From Candidatus Omnitrophota bacterium (GTDB taxonomy: Bacteria; Omnitrophota; Gorgyraeia; Zapsychrales; Zapsychraceae), in assembly GCA_023247445.1 (NCBI GenBank), contig JAHFGL010000005.1:11087-75086 (forward strand): a stretch of DNA of 64,000 nucleotides. The letters run 5' to 3'. Every line of letters begins with the position of its first letter. The stretch's first letter is position 1. The position numbers and the translations under genes are program-made. The notes under the pieces were generated by a model. It had not been told where the DNA came from, did not search any database, and worked only from the letters and a program-made list of their open reading frames with translations. Below are positions 1 to 9,120 of the stretch, in pieces.

Positions 1-715
1 GATAATTCTGTTCAATATAATTACAAAAAATTTCAACGCTTGGTGTATGTCGTAGATCTAATCCATAAATATGCAACCGATCCGCCCACTTTGAAAAATC
101 ACTTTCACGGGCAAACCGAAGCGCTGAATCAACAGGAAATCGTGTCGTCGCAATAACGTGAGCTCCCGCGCGTAACATCATGAGTGTTGACTGATAACCG
201 ATTTTAAGACGTGATCCCGTAATAAGCGCTACTTGTCCATCAAGGGGTGCTGTTTGAAAACGTTTTGCGTAATTTAACTGCGCGCAAGATGGACACATCG
301 CATCATAAAAATGATGCAACTGTGTAAACTCTGCCTTGCAGATATAACAATTGCGAGGCGTTTTTAACTCGATAGTCTCTCGTTTTAAATCAGCGTTAGC
401 ATCTGCAATCCGTAAAGGAGCAGTAAAAACCGTGGCTTCACGGGCACTGCGGATTCCGGTTGCGGCCCGAGCGCGCCGTTCGAAATTATCAACTTTTTGA
501 CGCTCAAGTTTTCGATTATCTCTTTTTCTTTTTCGCAGTTCATCACGATGAGGACGGGAGAGTTGTCCGGTGGCGATAATTAAAGCTGTTCTTTGCTGCG
601 CAGATAAATGAGCAAGCTGTTCGCTATTCTGAACTAAATCTTCAAGGAGAGAAATACATGCCTGAATTTCTTCTTCTGTATATTTTGCTGCGGCAATTTG
701 CTTGGCTGGATGCAT
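1..715 (-). CDS. SDR-family oxidoreductase, N-terminal part (gene continues beyond window start). CxxC...CxxC segment precedes the Rossmann GxxxGxG-like '[11 protein letters not shown]'
   Basis: Hand translation of minus strand from ATG at ~713-715: ...[22 protein letters not shown]...[33 protein letters not shown]. The reading frame is open to the window edge. Confidence 0.6.
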   Translation of the reverse strand, partial: MHPAKQIAAAKYTEEEIQACISLLEDLVQNSEQLAHLSAQQRTALIIATGQLSRPHRDELRKRKRDNRKLERQKVDNFERRARAATGIRSAREATVFTAPLRIADANADLKRETIELKTPRNCYICKAEFTQLHHFYDAMCPSCAQLNYAKRFQTAPLDGQVALITGSRLKIGYQSTLMMLRAGAHVIATTRFPVDSALRFARESDFSKWADRLHIYGLDLRHTPSVEIFCNYIEQNY

Positions 716-742
716 TACTTAAATATTCTACCGATCGTTTAG

Positions 743-1021
743 TTAACTTCTTTTTGTAATCTCAATTAAATGATATCCAAATTCTGTCTTTACTGGGCCA
801 TGAACTTTCCCGACAGCATCTTTAAAAACAACTGTATCAAATTCTTCAACCATCTGACCTGGTTCAAACTCACCAAGATCACCACCATCCTCCGCGGAAG
901 GACATTGCGAATGGGCCTTCGCCACTTCTGCAAAATTCTTTCCTGATTCAATTTCTTTTTTTAACTTTAAACATTCAGTTTCCGTTGAAACTAAAATATG
1001 TCGCGCACTGGCTTTTGTCAT
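743..1021 (-). CDS. ppiC: Parvulin-type peptidyl-prolyl cis-trans isomerase (PpiC-like)
   Basis: 92 aa. ARHILV...CPSAEDGGDLGEF..GQMV..F....GPVKTEFGYHLIEI matches the parvulin rotamase signature. AGGAGAAG SD lies upstream. Confidence 0.85.
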   Translation of the reverse strand: MTKASARHILVSTETECLKLKKEIESGKNFAEVAKAHSQCPSAEDGGDLGEFEPGQMVEEFDTVVFKDAVGKVHGPVKTEFGYHLIEITKRS

Positions 1022-1152
1022 ACTCTTCTCCTTTAATATTTATGATGGCCTCTAAACTGTGGGACATTTTAGACAAATTCTAGCCGAAACTCAACAAATT
1101 ATTAGCCAAGCAAACTCAATAGGCTTACCTAACAATTTTCTTAAAAGTAATC

Positions 1153-1386
1153 TTAATAATTAAAAAGGTCCTTGAGGGTAATAGAATTTTTGGGGTGGGC
1201 GGCAATAATGGCAGAAAAAATTTTATTCTGTACATTAACCGTGAGTTTTCTTCCTTTACATCCTTTGGCTACCATTTTATACGTTAGTTGATTACTTGAT
1301 GCGGCGACCAGATCATGACTTGTTAAATTCAGCCGGGCCATTACCGCCACCAGCGGCTGTGGCCCAAAATCACGCGACTCCGTCAT
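1153..1386 (-). CDS. Small putative HTH DNA-binding protein (weak Ner/Nlp-like resemblance)
   Basis: 77-aa ORF in operon-like tandem with a small Cys-rich ORF and ppiC. The assignment is weak. Confidence 0.4.
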   Translation of the reverse strand: MTESRDFGPQPLVAVMARLNLTSHDLVAASSNQLTYKMVAKGCKGRKLTVNVQNKIFSAIIAAHPKNSITLKDLFNY

Positions 1387-1408
1387 AAACGTATTCCTTT
1401 AATGTCAT

Positions 1409-1564
1409 CTAATCTCGTTTTATCGCGGCGGCACTTCGTTGATCTTGTGATATATGACTAGAATGCAGGTGGCAATAAGCCTCATGATTATAAATGCTTA
1501 AAATCTGTTTGCAGCGAAACTGCTTACACTTTCGTCCTTTATGAGAGGTTATTATTTTTTTCAT
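1409..1564 (-). CDS. Small Cys-rich (CxxC...C.H) hypothetical protein, 51 aa
   Basis: Not in the ORF track because it is under 60 aa. MKKIITSHKGRKCKQFRCKQILSIYNHEAYCHLHSSHISQDQRSAAAIKRD. AAGGAG SD is 5 nt before the ATG, directly upstream of the 1153..1386 ORF. Confidence 0.4.
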   Translation of the reverse strand: MKKIITSHKGRKCKQFRCKQILSIYNHEAYCHLHSSHISQDQRSAAAIKRD

Positions 1565-1766
1565 ATTACTCCTTTTGAAGATCCAAAAAAAGTGGCAAAG
1601 GTTAGTGCTCTTCTTTGCAACTTGAGATCTTCTAATTTGTTTTCAGTATATCAGATAATATGTTAATACACTCGATTAAAATAATTGAAATAACTTAATG
1701 ATCTTAGTTGTGCTGTGCTATTATATGTACAAATAAAGCAGCAACTTTATAAAGGAGGAATTAAAA

Positions 1767-1814
1767 ATGGCTACAAAAAAGAAAGCAAAAAAGAAGACAG
1801 CAAAAAAGAAATAA
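1767..1814 (+). CDS. Tiny lysine-rich peptide MATKKKAKKKTAKKK (15 aa)
   Basis: Strong SD AAAGGAGG lies 7 nt upstream. A promoter-like TTGTGC...TATTATAT precedes it. An intrinsic terminator follows immediately. Confidence 0.3.
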   Translation: MATKKKAKKKTAKKK

Positions 1815-1837
1815 TTTTTACGATCATAAATAAAAAA

Positions 1838-1869
1838 CCCTCTGCGGTATTTCTCAGAGGGTTTTTTAT
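1838..1869 (+). terminator. Rho-independent terminator (ccctctg...cagaggg + T6)
   Basis: 7-bp GC-rich stem followed by TTTTTT. Confidence 0.7.
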
Positions 1870-1906
1870 TTGTAGCAAATAAATTTCGCTGCCAAAACAA
1901 ACAAAT

Positions 1907-2248
1907 TTATGCCCGAATATTTAATAACTTCTTAAGTCGACTGATTGAACCATCATCCATCTTCATAAAATAGATCGCAATCCCTTCCCCAACAGCAATC
2001 CGAGAAACACGCGCTGAGCCTTGCACAACTTCCTTAGCATTAGTTGCCGAACAATAAATCGTAAAATCAAGCTCATCGTTGATTTGCAAATAAATACTAT
2101 GTTTAATTTTAATAAATGCACTTTTAAAGGAAAGATCCTTAAGCTGTCCTTTCAAAGTAATTTGTGGACCTAAGCTGATTTCAATCGACAAATTAAGCGC
2201 GAATCGTTGAGCTTCTCGCTGGTTGTTATTAAAAGATCCTGGTGGCAT
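1907..2248 (-). CDS. PilZ-domain protein (c-di-GMP binding candidate)
   Basis: QREAQR (RxxxR) followed by DLSFKSA (D-x-S-x-x-G-like) motif. Confidence 0.55.
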   Translation of the reverse strand: MPPGSFNNNQREAQRFALNLSIEISLGPQITLKGQLKDLSFKSAFIKIKHSIYLQINDELDFTIYCSATNAKEVVQGSARVSRIAVGEGIAIYFMKMDDGSISRLKKLLNIRA

Positions 2249-2268
2249 CCCTCATCCCTTTCTCTATA

Positions 2269-2673
2269 TTATTCATCCCAAGCGGTCGAGTTTGCCGGTT
2301 GAGCATCTTGAACAACTTCTGCCTCAGAGGTAGATTGTCCACCGGACTCCGCTCTTTTAGGTAAAAAATGAATATTATCAGCGGTGATTCTAACACGGCT
2401 TTGTGTCTTGCCGTCTTTTTCCCAACGATCTTGTTTTAAGCGACCTTCAACAATAATTCCACTTCCTTTTTTCAAATATTTAACGCAATTTTCTGCCGTT
2501 GGTCCCCAAACTTCCACATCAAAATAAGATACTTCCGTAACCTTCTCACCTTTACTGGTATAAACGCGATTGTTGGCAATCGAAAGACTGCAAACTGATT
2601 TTCCCGATGGCGTATACTTTAATTCTGGATCTCTCGTCAAGTTTCCCATAATGTTGACACTGTTTAGACTCAT
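2269..2673 (-). CDS. ssb: Single-stranded DNA-binding protein
   Basis: MSLNSVNIMGNLTRDPELKYTPSGKSVCSLSIANNR...VEGRLKQDRWE is a typical OB fold, with an acidic C-terminal tail. AAGGAGAAA SD lies upstream. Confidence 0.9.
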   Translation of the reverse strand: MSLNSVNIMGNLTRDPELKYTPSGKSVCSLSIANNRVYTSKGEKVTEVSYFDVEVWGPTAENCVKYLKKGSGIIVEGRLKQDRWEKDGKTQSRVRITADNIHFLPKRAESGGQSTSEAEVVQDAQPANSTAWDE

Positions 2674-2764
2674 TGCTTTCTCCTTGAATAGATTGTTAAG
2701 TTTGACAAATTTATTTTTTGTTAAATATTCTTTCTTTTAGGGCTCTAGCTTAGCATAGACTTAT

Positions 2765-3523
2765 TTAAACGTCTGCTATCTTTTTCGCCGCATAGATGCC
2801 TTGCAACATCTGATGTTTTCGGCCAAAACCTTTGGTCTTAGTCATGCTAAATCCTTTTTGCGCTAAACCGCGACGGACGTGGCCAGCGACAGTAAAGGTG
2901 GCCACTGTCGTCCCCGCACGACTTAACGCCGCCATTTGTTCAAAGACCTCCGGCGACCACATCTCTGGATTTTTAGAAGGCCCAAAACCGTCAAGGAACC
3001 AGGCATCAACCGCGTATGACGCTTGGCGCATCTGGGCCAGCGCGCTTAACACATGATCAAAAATTAAAGTCAACTTGATTCTTCCACCAACAAAAATAAT
3101 ATGTTGAGATTCGATATTAATATTTGGATATTGAACAGTAAGTTGTGTGGAATATTCCTGCAGTTGCGGCCAAAGATTTAGCGCTTTGATTAAATCGTCA
3201 GCGCTTAGCGGAAACTGATCAAGGGAAATATAATGAAGCTTTGCGGCCGTCGGTGCACATTGTTCGAAGAGTTGCCAAGCGCATAAGAAATTAAGTCCGG
3301 TGCCAAAGCCTGTCTCAGCAATGACAAAGGAATTGGAATCCTGGGCAGAAAGATTTTCAAAACGTTCTTTTAACTGATTACCGCCACAAAAAATATACTG
3401 TGACTCATCGTACCCGTTATCCTGACAAAAATATTTATCATCAAAGGCCGTCGAATGCGGCAGGCCCTTCTCATCCCAACGAATTTTAGTATAAGTTATT
3501 TCTTTGACGGATTTAGTGGTCAT
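2765..3523 (-). CDS. MnmC-type SAM-dependent methyltransferase domain protein (tRNA mnm5U34 methyltransferase-like, stand-alone)
   Basis: ETGFGTGLNFLCAWQLF motif, characteristic of the MnmC methyltransferase domain. Confidence 0.65.
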   Translation of the reverse strand: MTTKSVKEITYTKIRWDEKGLPHSTAFDDKYFCQDNGYDESQYIFCGGNQLKERFENLSAQDSNSFVIAETGFGTGLNFLCAWQLFEQCAPTAAKLHYISLDQFPLSADDLIKALNLWPQLQEYSTQLTVQYPNINIESQHIIFVGGRIKLTLIFDHVLSALAQMRQASYAVDAWFLDGFGPSKNPEMWSPEVFEQMAALSRAGTTVATFTVAGHVRRGLAQKGFSMTKTKGFGRKHQMLQGIYAAKKIADV

Positions 3524-3891
3524 TAAAGCTTATTATATTTCGTATGTTTGCCTTTTGATTTCTCGATTGGATATTTAAGCGCATTCTTCTTCATTTTCAC
3601 ATCAATGGCGGCAAGTAAATCAATTTCTAAATTATCCGCAAGCTCAAATAAAAACATTGCCACATCAGCTAGCTCATCGGCGATTTCATCTTTACACTCT
3701 GCGCCATGCGTTTCCACCTCAGCCAGCGACTTCCATTGAAAATGCTCGAGCACTTCTGTCGCCTCTAAGACCAAGGACAACGCCACATCCTTGTGATTAT
3801 GAAACTGTTTCCAATCACGCTCGTCTCTAAATTGTTTTATCTTTTGGGTTATTTGTTTTATGTCTGGCATAAGTTCCTCACTTTGATCCAA
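3523..3891 (-). CDS. MazG-like nucleotide pyrophosphohydrolase
   Basis: EATEVLEHFQW...EIADELADV are MazG NTP-PPase helices. Confidence 0.75.
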   Translation of the reverse strand: MDQSEELMPDIKQITQKIKQFRDERDWKQFHNHKDVALSLVLEATEVLEHFQWKSLAEVETHGAECKDEIADELADVAMFLFELADNLEIDLLAAIDVKMKKNALKYPIEKSKGKHTKYNKL

Positions 3892-3989
3892 GTTTAACCA
3901 TTAACTTAAAATAAGTAAAATCCTTATTTTTTGCTCAAAAAAATAGGACAGACACTTTTAAAATGTCTGTCCTATTTTCTACACTTTAC

Positions 3990-5747
3990 CTACTTAATAT
4001 CGTAGGCGACGATTGTCTTTTTCCCTTTAAAGAAATAAACCCGTCCACCCGGATGATCAACCGTATACTCTGGTTCTTTTTCATTAAATATAAATTCACC
4101 GTCAGTATTTCCCGTTGCTAAATTAATTGCGAGGATCCCAATCCCACTGCCTTCCTCTCCTGTAACTTTCGTCAGAATAAAGGCATGCTCTTGACCACTT
4201 TGCGATTTAGAATAACGTTTATCCATATATCTATCCATACGGGCGAATGTGCTGGTAATATTCTGTGAAGCTCCTGACATCGAAGATTGTCCCGTTGCAT
4301 ATTGCATTTGATATCCTAAAGCAGCAAACGCCGAAACACCAACCATCAGCGCCGTGCCTAAAGTCGATGGCCCTGGTGATGGATAATACAACGACCAATT
4401 GATTTCTTTTGTATCTGGAGCAAACGAAAGAATATGCTGACGTCCACGAATAACAACGGCCCCATTATCTTGACCAGAAATCGAGACAGGAGGATCTTCC
4501 CGTTCCTTCCCAACAGCCATTTTCGCTCCAGCTTTTAGAAGACCACCCAACCCTCCCGTTAATGCCTTAACTCCGGCGGAAGCGACATCGGTCGTCCCAA
4601 TGCTGCGTTTAAATTCTAAAGGAGTTTTAAATGCTTCTTTAACCTTACCTTTACTTTGGCTATCAATCCCGATTAAACTTTTTGCATCAGCCAACATAAC
4701 GGTGTGTAGCGCTGGCAAATAAACCAAATTTGTTAACCCACCACTAGCACCGGTATATTCCCACAAAGCTGATCCATCGGTCTTGTTATACGATTTAACG
4801 GCTAAAGGTTTGTCCAACAAGAAATCCTTAGCGCCTGGACTAAAAAAGTTTCCACCAATCTTAGCTAACACCATTTCATCGGCAACGATTAACTGTGAAA
4901 TAAGTCCAGAACGAACTTTCTCACTTTTCCATTTCACCTCGCCCGTATTTTTATCAACCGCATAAACTTCTCCATTACCAGTGGCATACACAACATCTCC
5001 CTCGATAATCGGTGCCGCATAAGATTTTTTATAAGTTTTATCGGCCGTTGGAAATTCAACACCCCAAAGAATATTTCCTGTGGTCACATCCACGCAGTGC
5101 AGTCCAGCAATAGAAAAATAAGCGTTATTGCCGTCGAAAACAGGATCTTGATAACCGCCCAAATCAAGTGTCACACTAAACATCCCAGAATTATCCGCGA
5201 CATAAAGTGGAATTTTCTTTGGATTGACCGGAAACGGCGATTCCCATTTTTGCTCACCGGTCACCGCATCAAAGGCCAAGAGATAAATCCCAGGATCTTT
5301 ATTTTTGTCCGTATAAACATTGGAAACAAAGATAGTCATGGTTTTATCAGGAACTGTATAAATCCCAAGAGGTGCGCCAAACATTTTATCCGTCTTCCAT
5401 TTTGTCTGGCCAGAACCCATATCAATAGCTTCGATAATTGATTTACTCCCTGCAATTCCCGTGCTTTGCACAACAATAAGAATCGGGTATCCCGAAACTT
5501 CGCGAACCTCATACGGCGCCAAATTCGAAAAGTCTTCACGCGTCCACATCACTTCGCCGGTTTCTGGATTGTAGCTCGAAAGCGATCCCTTCGCTCCGAT
5601 GAGCAATGTTCCATAAACAGTCGTTCGCCCCCAGAGAATTTTATCTTTGACAGGCTGTTGCCAAACTTCTGTTGAAGCCATCGCTAGGGGTGAAAAGTTA
5701 AGCGTAATAAACGTTAAAAGTATTAAACAACTGATCACTCTTCTCAT
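3990..5747 (-). CDS. Secreted PQQ-like beta-propeller repeat protein
   Basis: Signal peptide MRRVISCLILLTFITLNFSPLAMA. Repeated TG(E/N)xxW blades follow. Start chosen at internal Met; the track ORF extends to 5798. Confidence 0.65.
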   Translation of the reverse strand: MRRVISCLILLTFITLNFSPLAMASTEVWQQPVKDKILWGRTTVYGTLLIGAKGSLSSYNPETGEVMWTREDFSNLAPYEVREVSGYPILIVVQSTGIAGSKSIIEAIDMGSGQTKWKTDKMFGAPLGIYTVPDKTMTIFVSNVYTDKNKDPGIYLLAFDAVTGEQKWESPFPVNPKKIPLYVADNSGMFSVTLDLGGYQDPVFDGNNAYFSIAGLHCVDVTTGNILWGVEFPTADKTYKKSYAAPIIEGDVVYATGNGEVYAVDKNTGEVKWKSEKVRSGLISQLIVADEMVLAKIGGNFFSPGAKDFLLDKPLAVKSYNKTDGSALWEYTGASGGLTNLVYLPALHTVMLADAKSLIGIDSQSKGKVKEAFKTPLEFKRSIGTTDVASAGVKALTGGLGGLLKAGAKMAVGKEREDPPVSISGQDNGAVVIRGRQHILSFAPDTKEINWSLYYPSPGPSTLGTALMVGVSAFAALGYQMQYATGQSSMSGASQNITSTFARMDRYMDKRYSKSQSGQEHAFILTKVTGEEGSGIGILAINLATGNTDGEFIFNEKEPEYTVDHPGGRVYFFKGKKTIVAYDIK

Positions 5748-5865
5748 CGATGATCCTTTCATTAGTATCTTGTTGTACGATAAAATTTTTCGGGTCATTA
5801 TAGACTAGGGATTATTATTCAGGCAAGGAGTTTTTAGATCTCAAGAATTTGGCAGGTAAAATTTA

Positions 5866-6105
5866 TCAAGGGGATGTAAACTGCTTGGCATAACGATCCA
5901 CCAGTTCACGGATCATTCTCTGATATTTGATATTATTCTTTTGTGCTTGTCGTTTGAAAAAGTCCAGACTAGTCTTAGTCAATGATAAGGTAACCTTAAC
6001 GGTTTCATCTGGCATAATCAACTGGTGAGGCGGGGGAAGAAAATCCTTAACCTTTGTTAATTTACCAACAGGTTTGTCGTTATTTCTTTCAATCTTTCTT
6101 ATCAT
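5866..6105 (-). CDS. brnA: BrnA antitoxin (RHH/CopG-like)
   Basis: 79 aa, overlapping the upstream BrnT (DUF497) gene. Confidence 0.75.
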   Translation of the reverse strand: MIRKIERNNDKPVGKLTKVKDFLPPPHQLIMPDETVKVTLSLTKTSLDFFKRQAQKNNIKYQRMIRELVDRYAKQFTSP

Positions 6106-6373
6106 AGTAAGAGACTCCTTTGCGCCAATAACCAGCGCCTATAATTCTAACTTTCCCATCACGATAAATAAAACGAACAGTGATGATTCTAGTTTCAACT
6201 TGTCCAATACAGAATAAACGTTCTTCCTGCTGGTTATGTCTTGCGTCAACATAGATCTTTCTTTTCGGATCTCTAAACGCCTTTGCTGCCGTACGAAAAT
6301 CAACCCCATGCTTTTTAATATTAATTTCTTCTTTCACAGGATCCCATACAAAATCAGATTCATGTTGCCTCAT
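6089..6373 (-). CDS. brnT: BrnT toxin (DUF497)
   Basis: FVWDPVKEEINIKKHGVDF N-terminus is typical of BrnT. Confidence 0.8.
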   Translation of the reverse strand: MRQHESDFVWDPVKEEINIKKHGVDFRTAAKAFRDPKRKIYVDARHNQQEERLFCIGQVETRIITVRFIYRDGKVRIIGAGYWRKGVSYYDKKD

Positions 6374-6592
6374 ATCAAGTATACCTCAAACATATTATTT
6401 AGCAATATTTCTATACATATATTAATATGGTCTATTGTAAACATAAAACACATCTTGCCCAAAAAATAAAAACCCGCTCTTTTCCGCTTGGGGATAAGAA
6501 CGGGTTAAATTGAACTACTTATTAAAAGTTATTTTATCGTGCCTTCGCTTAATTGCAACTTTTTATTTTATTGACCACAAACCTATTCGAGA

Positions 6593-8506
6593 TCAACCAT
6601 TTTTTCGGGAGTCTTCGAGGAATTCCCAACGTTCAAAGACTTTCAGAAGCTCGTCTTCAATTTGCTCGAGTCTACTTTTCGTTTGAGCGATTTCTTGAGA
6701 AGCTTTCTTAAAGAAAGCGGGATCGAGCATCAATGTATAAAGTTCATCTTGCTCGAGTTCGAGTTTTTCGATTTTGGCAGGAAGGGCGGCCAGCTCTTGT
6801 TCTTCTTTAAACGATAGTTTGTGAGGCTTTTGTTTTTCCGTTTTAACAACTTGTTTAACTTCTGGCTTCTCTTCTTTATTTAAATCCTTTTGTTTCGCTT
6901 CCTTAATATTAGCTTCACGCTGAGTTAACCAATCATCATAGCCGCCAACATATTCATTAACGACACCTTCGCCTTCTAAAACAATCGTGCTCGTAACCAC
7001 ATTATTTAAAAACGCGCGGTCGTGACTGACTAAAAGCAGCGTTCCAGAATAGTCGAGTAACAATTCTTCCAAAAGTTCTAACGTTTCCACATCCAAATCA
7101 TTGGTGGGTTCGTCCATAACCAAAACGTTCGATGGTTTAGTAAATAATCGCGCCAGGAGCAATCGATTGCGTTCACCGCCGGAAAGAACCTTGACCGGCG
7201 TGCGCGCACGATCCGGTGAGAAAAGAAAATCCTGCATGTAACCAATAATATGCCGCGGCTTGCCATTAATCATGATTGTGTCGCTATTGCCGCAAATATT
7301 TTCGATAACGGTCTTCTCTTCATCCAACTGTTCACGCAATTGATCGTAATAAGCAATTTCGATATTGGTTCCTAACTTCGCCTTGCCTTGGATAGGCGCC
7401 AGTTTTCCAAAAAGAATACGAAGAAGTGTTGTCTTTCCTGAACCATTTGGACCCAAGATTCCTATCTTGTCGCCGCGCATGATGTTTGTTGAAAAATTCT
7501 TAATCAAACATTTCTCATCATACCAATAACCTAAGTTGGCAGCCTTAACGACCAAATGTCCAGAGCGTTCCGCTTCTTGCGCCAGCATATTAACTTTGCC
7601 GACTTCTTTACGCTGCGCTTTTTTGACTTCGCGCATGCGCTCAAGCGCCTTCACTCGGCCTTCATTACGAACACGACGAGCTTTAACGCCTTTACGGATC
7701 CAAATCTCTTCCTGCGCTAAACGCTTGTCAAACTCACGCTGCTGAACTTCTTCATTTTCAAGCGCCATTTTTTTGCGCTGCAAAAATGTTTCATAATCAC
7801 AACTCCAGCTAAAAATCTTGCCGCGGTCCAGCTCAACAATCCGCGTGGCTAAATGTCGCATAAACATACGGTCGTGAGTAATAAATAATACTGTCCCGGA
7901 ATAATTCTTAAGAAATCCTTCCAGCCAATCGATGGATTCAATATCTAAATGGTTGGTGGGCTCATCCAAGAGAAGAATATCAGGTTTAAGAGCCAAGGCT
8001 CTGGCTAAAAGCGTACGGCGCTTTTGCCCGCCGGATAAATGTTCAAAGTTTGCTTCCGGATCAAGCTTCATGTGCTCAATCACCAGTTCAACTTCACTAT
8101 TAACATCCCAACTGTCAGTGCGCGTTAATTCTTCTTGAACATTATCAAGCTGGCGCAAGAGTTCTGGCGTGTGCTCGGTATGCAAACGATGACTAATGTG
8201 GTGAAAATCTTTCAGAAGCTCGCCGCGTTTACCTAAACCAGAGGCGACGATATCAAAAACGTTTCCAGTAACCCCAGGTGGAATTTCCTGCGGCAGGTGA
8301 GTAACGGTCACGCCTTGTTGACGGACAATCTCGCCCTCATCAGGCCCAAATTGACCAGCGATAAGTTTCATTAAAGTCGTTTTACCAGCACCGTTACGCC
8401 CCAACAAAGCGACACGTTCGCCTGGCTCAAGCTGCAAGCTTAGCTTATCGAAAAGTAACGGCCCGCCGAAGGCGACGGATATTTCTTGTAAACTGATCAA
8501 AGCCAT
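6593..8506 (-). CDS. ABC-F family ATPase (Uup/EttA-like), two ABC domains plus C-terminal coiled coil
   Basis: Two Walker A motifs (GRNGAGKTT, GPNGSGKTT), two LSGGQ/LSGGE signatures, and a charged linker. No obvious SD before the ATG. Confidence 0.9.
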   Translation of the reverse strand: MALISLQEISVAFGGPLLFDKLSLQLEPGERVALLGRNGAGKTTLMKLIAGQFGPDEGEIVRQQGVTVTHLPQEIPPGVTGNVFDIVASGLGKRGELLKDFHHISHRLHTEHTPELLRQLDNVQEELTRTDSWDVNSEVELVIEHMKLDPEANFEHLSGGQKRRTLLARALALKPDILLLDEPTNHLDIESIDWLEGFLKNYSGTVLFITHDRMFMRHLATRIVELDRGKIFSWSCDYETFLQRKKMALENEEVQQREFDKRLAQEEIWIRKGVKARRVRNEGRVKALERMREVKKAQRKEVGKVNMLAQEAERSGHLVVKAANLGYWYDEKCLIKNFSTNIMRGDKIGILGPNGSGKTTLLRILFGKLAPIQGKAKLGTNIEIAYYDQLREQLDEEKTVIENICGNSDTIMINGKPRHIIGYMQDFLFSPDRARTPVKVLSGGERNRLLLARLFTKPSNVLVMDEPTNDLDVETLELLEELLLDYSGTLLLVSHDRAFLNNVVTSTIVLEGEGVVNEYVGGYDDWLTQREANIKEAKQKDLNKEEKPEVKQVVKTEKQKPHKLSFKEEQELAALPAKIEKLELEQDELYTLMLDPAFFKKASQEIAQTKSRLEQIEDELLKVFERWEFLEDSRKNG

Positions 8507-8532
8507 AAGGCCCTAGTATACACGGAGGAATA

Positions 8533-8676
8533 ATTTAGACAAGAGAGAAATTGCGGAGCAAACTCTTAACAAGTTAGCAAGACTAATGGAAGTGAATTTC
8601 CGTTCGAGTTTCCTTCATTCTATTTAGAAAGACGAAGAACGGATGAACGACATTAGTCTTGCTAACTTGTCTAAAT
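8533..8676. repeat. Long inverted repeat: 26-bp arms (atttagacaag...ttagcaagactaatg / cattagtcttgctaacttgtctaaat), 5' arm interrupted by ~27-nt insertion
   Basis: Reverse-complement match read directly from the sequence. A nested ccgttc/gaacgg hairpin sits in the loop. Confidence 0.7.
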
Positions 8677-8678
8677 GA

Positions 8679-8873
8679 TTATTTCACCATCATAAAAAGA
8701 AAAGATACCAAGACTAACAATACAACCGCGATAATAATTATCTTTGGCTTTGAATATTTGATCTTCCCCATAAAACCTGTGCCGCGGCGAAGGCTTTCGC
8801 CGCAAAAATGACATAACAACGCTTCGTCATCAAAAATCGGATTCTTACAATGTGGACAGAGATATTCTGGCAT
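8679..8873 (-). CDS. Small zinc-ribbon protein with C-terminal transmembrane helix
   Basis: CPHC...CHFC followed by IIIIAVVLLVLVSFLFMMV. Confidence 0.55.
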   Translation of the reverse strand: MPEYLCPHCKNPIFDDEALLCHFCGESLRRGTGFMGKIKYSKPKIIIIAVVLLVLVSFLFMMVK

Positions 8874-8922
8874 AGCAAAAATTGTGAATAAAAATATTTT
8901 GATGTTGTGGTATTATACCGTC

Positions 8923-9117
8923 ATGCCAATCGATGAAAATTTCGATTTTGATTGTCCTCACTGCGGTAGCGCCAATTCACTGCCGATTGATATTACCGGT
9001 GGATCGCGCCAAAGTCTTGTTGTTGATTGTGAGACCTGCTGTGCGCCAATTATCGTGCGATTACGCCTGTCTGGAGATGAAATAGTTAGTGTCGATGTCA
9101 GAAAAGAAAATGAATAG
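8923..9117 (+). CDS. CPXCG-motif cysteine-rich protein
   Basis: FDCPHCGSANSLPIDITGGSRQSLVVDCETCCAPI matches the CPxCG small-protein family. Start placed at internal Met of track ORF 8884..9117. Confidence 0.7.
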   Translation: MPIDENFDFDCPHCGSANSLPIDITGGSRQSLVVDCETCCAPIIVRLRLSGDEIVSVDVRKENE

Positions 9118-9120
9118 TGT

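Noticed and set aside
2832-3056. 74-aa plus-strand ORF inside the MnmC-like gene, and similar small ORFs (3548..3739, 4783..4965, 5097..5675, 6236..6469, 7078..8138, 11591..12585, 13264..13965, 14836..15258)
   Set aside because: They overlap well-supported genes on the opposite strand or frame and have no RBS or recognisable motifs
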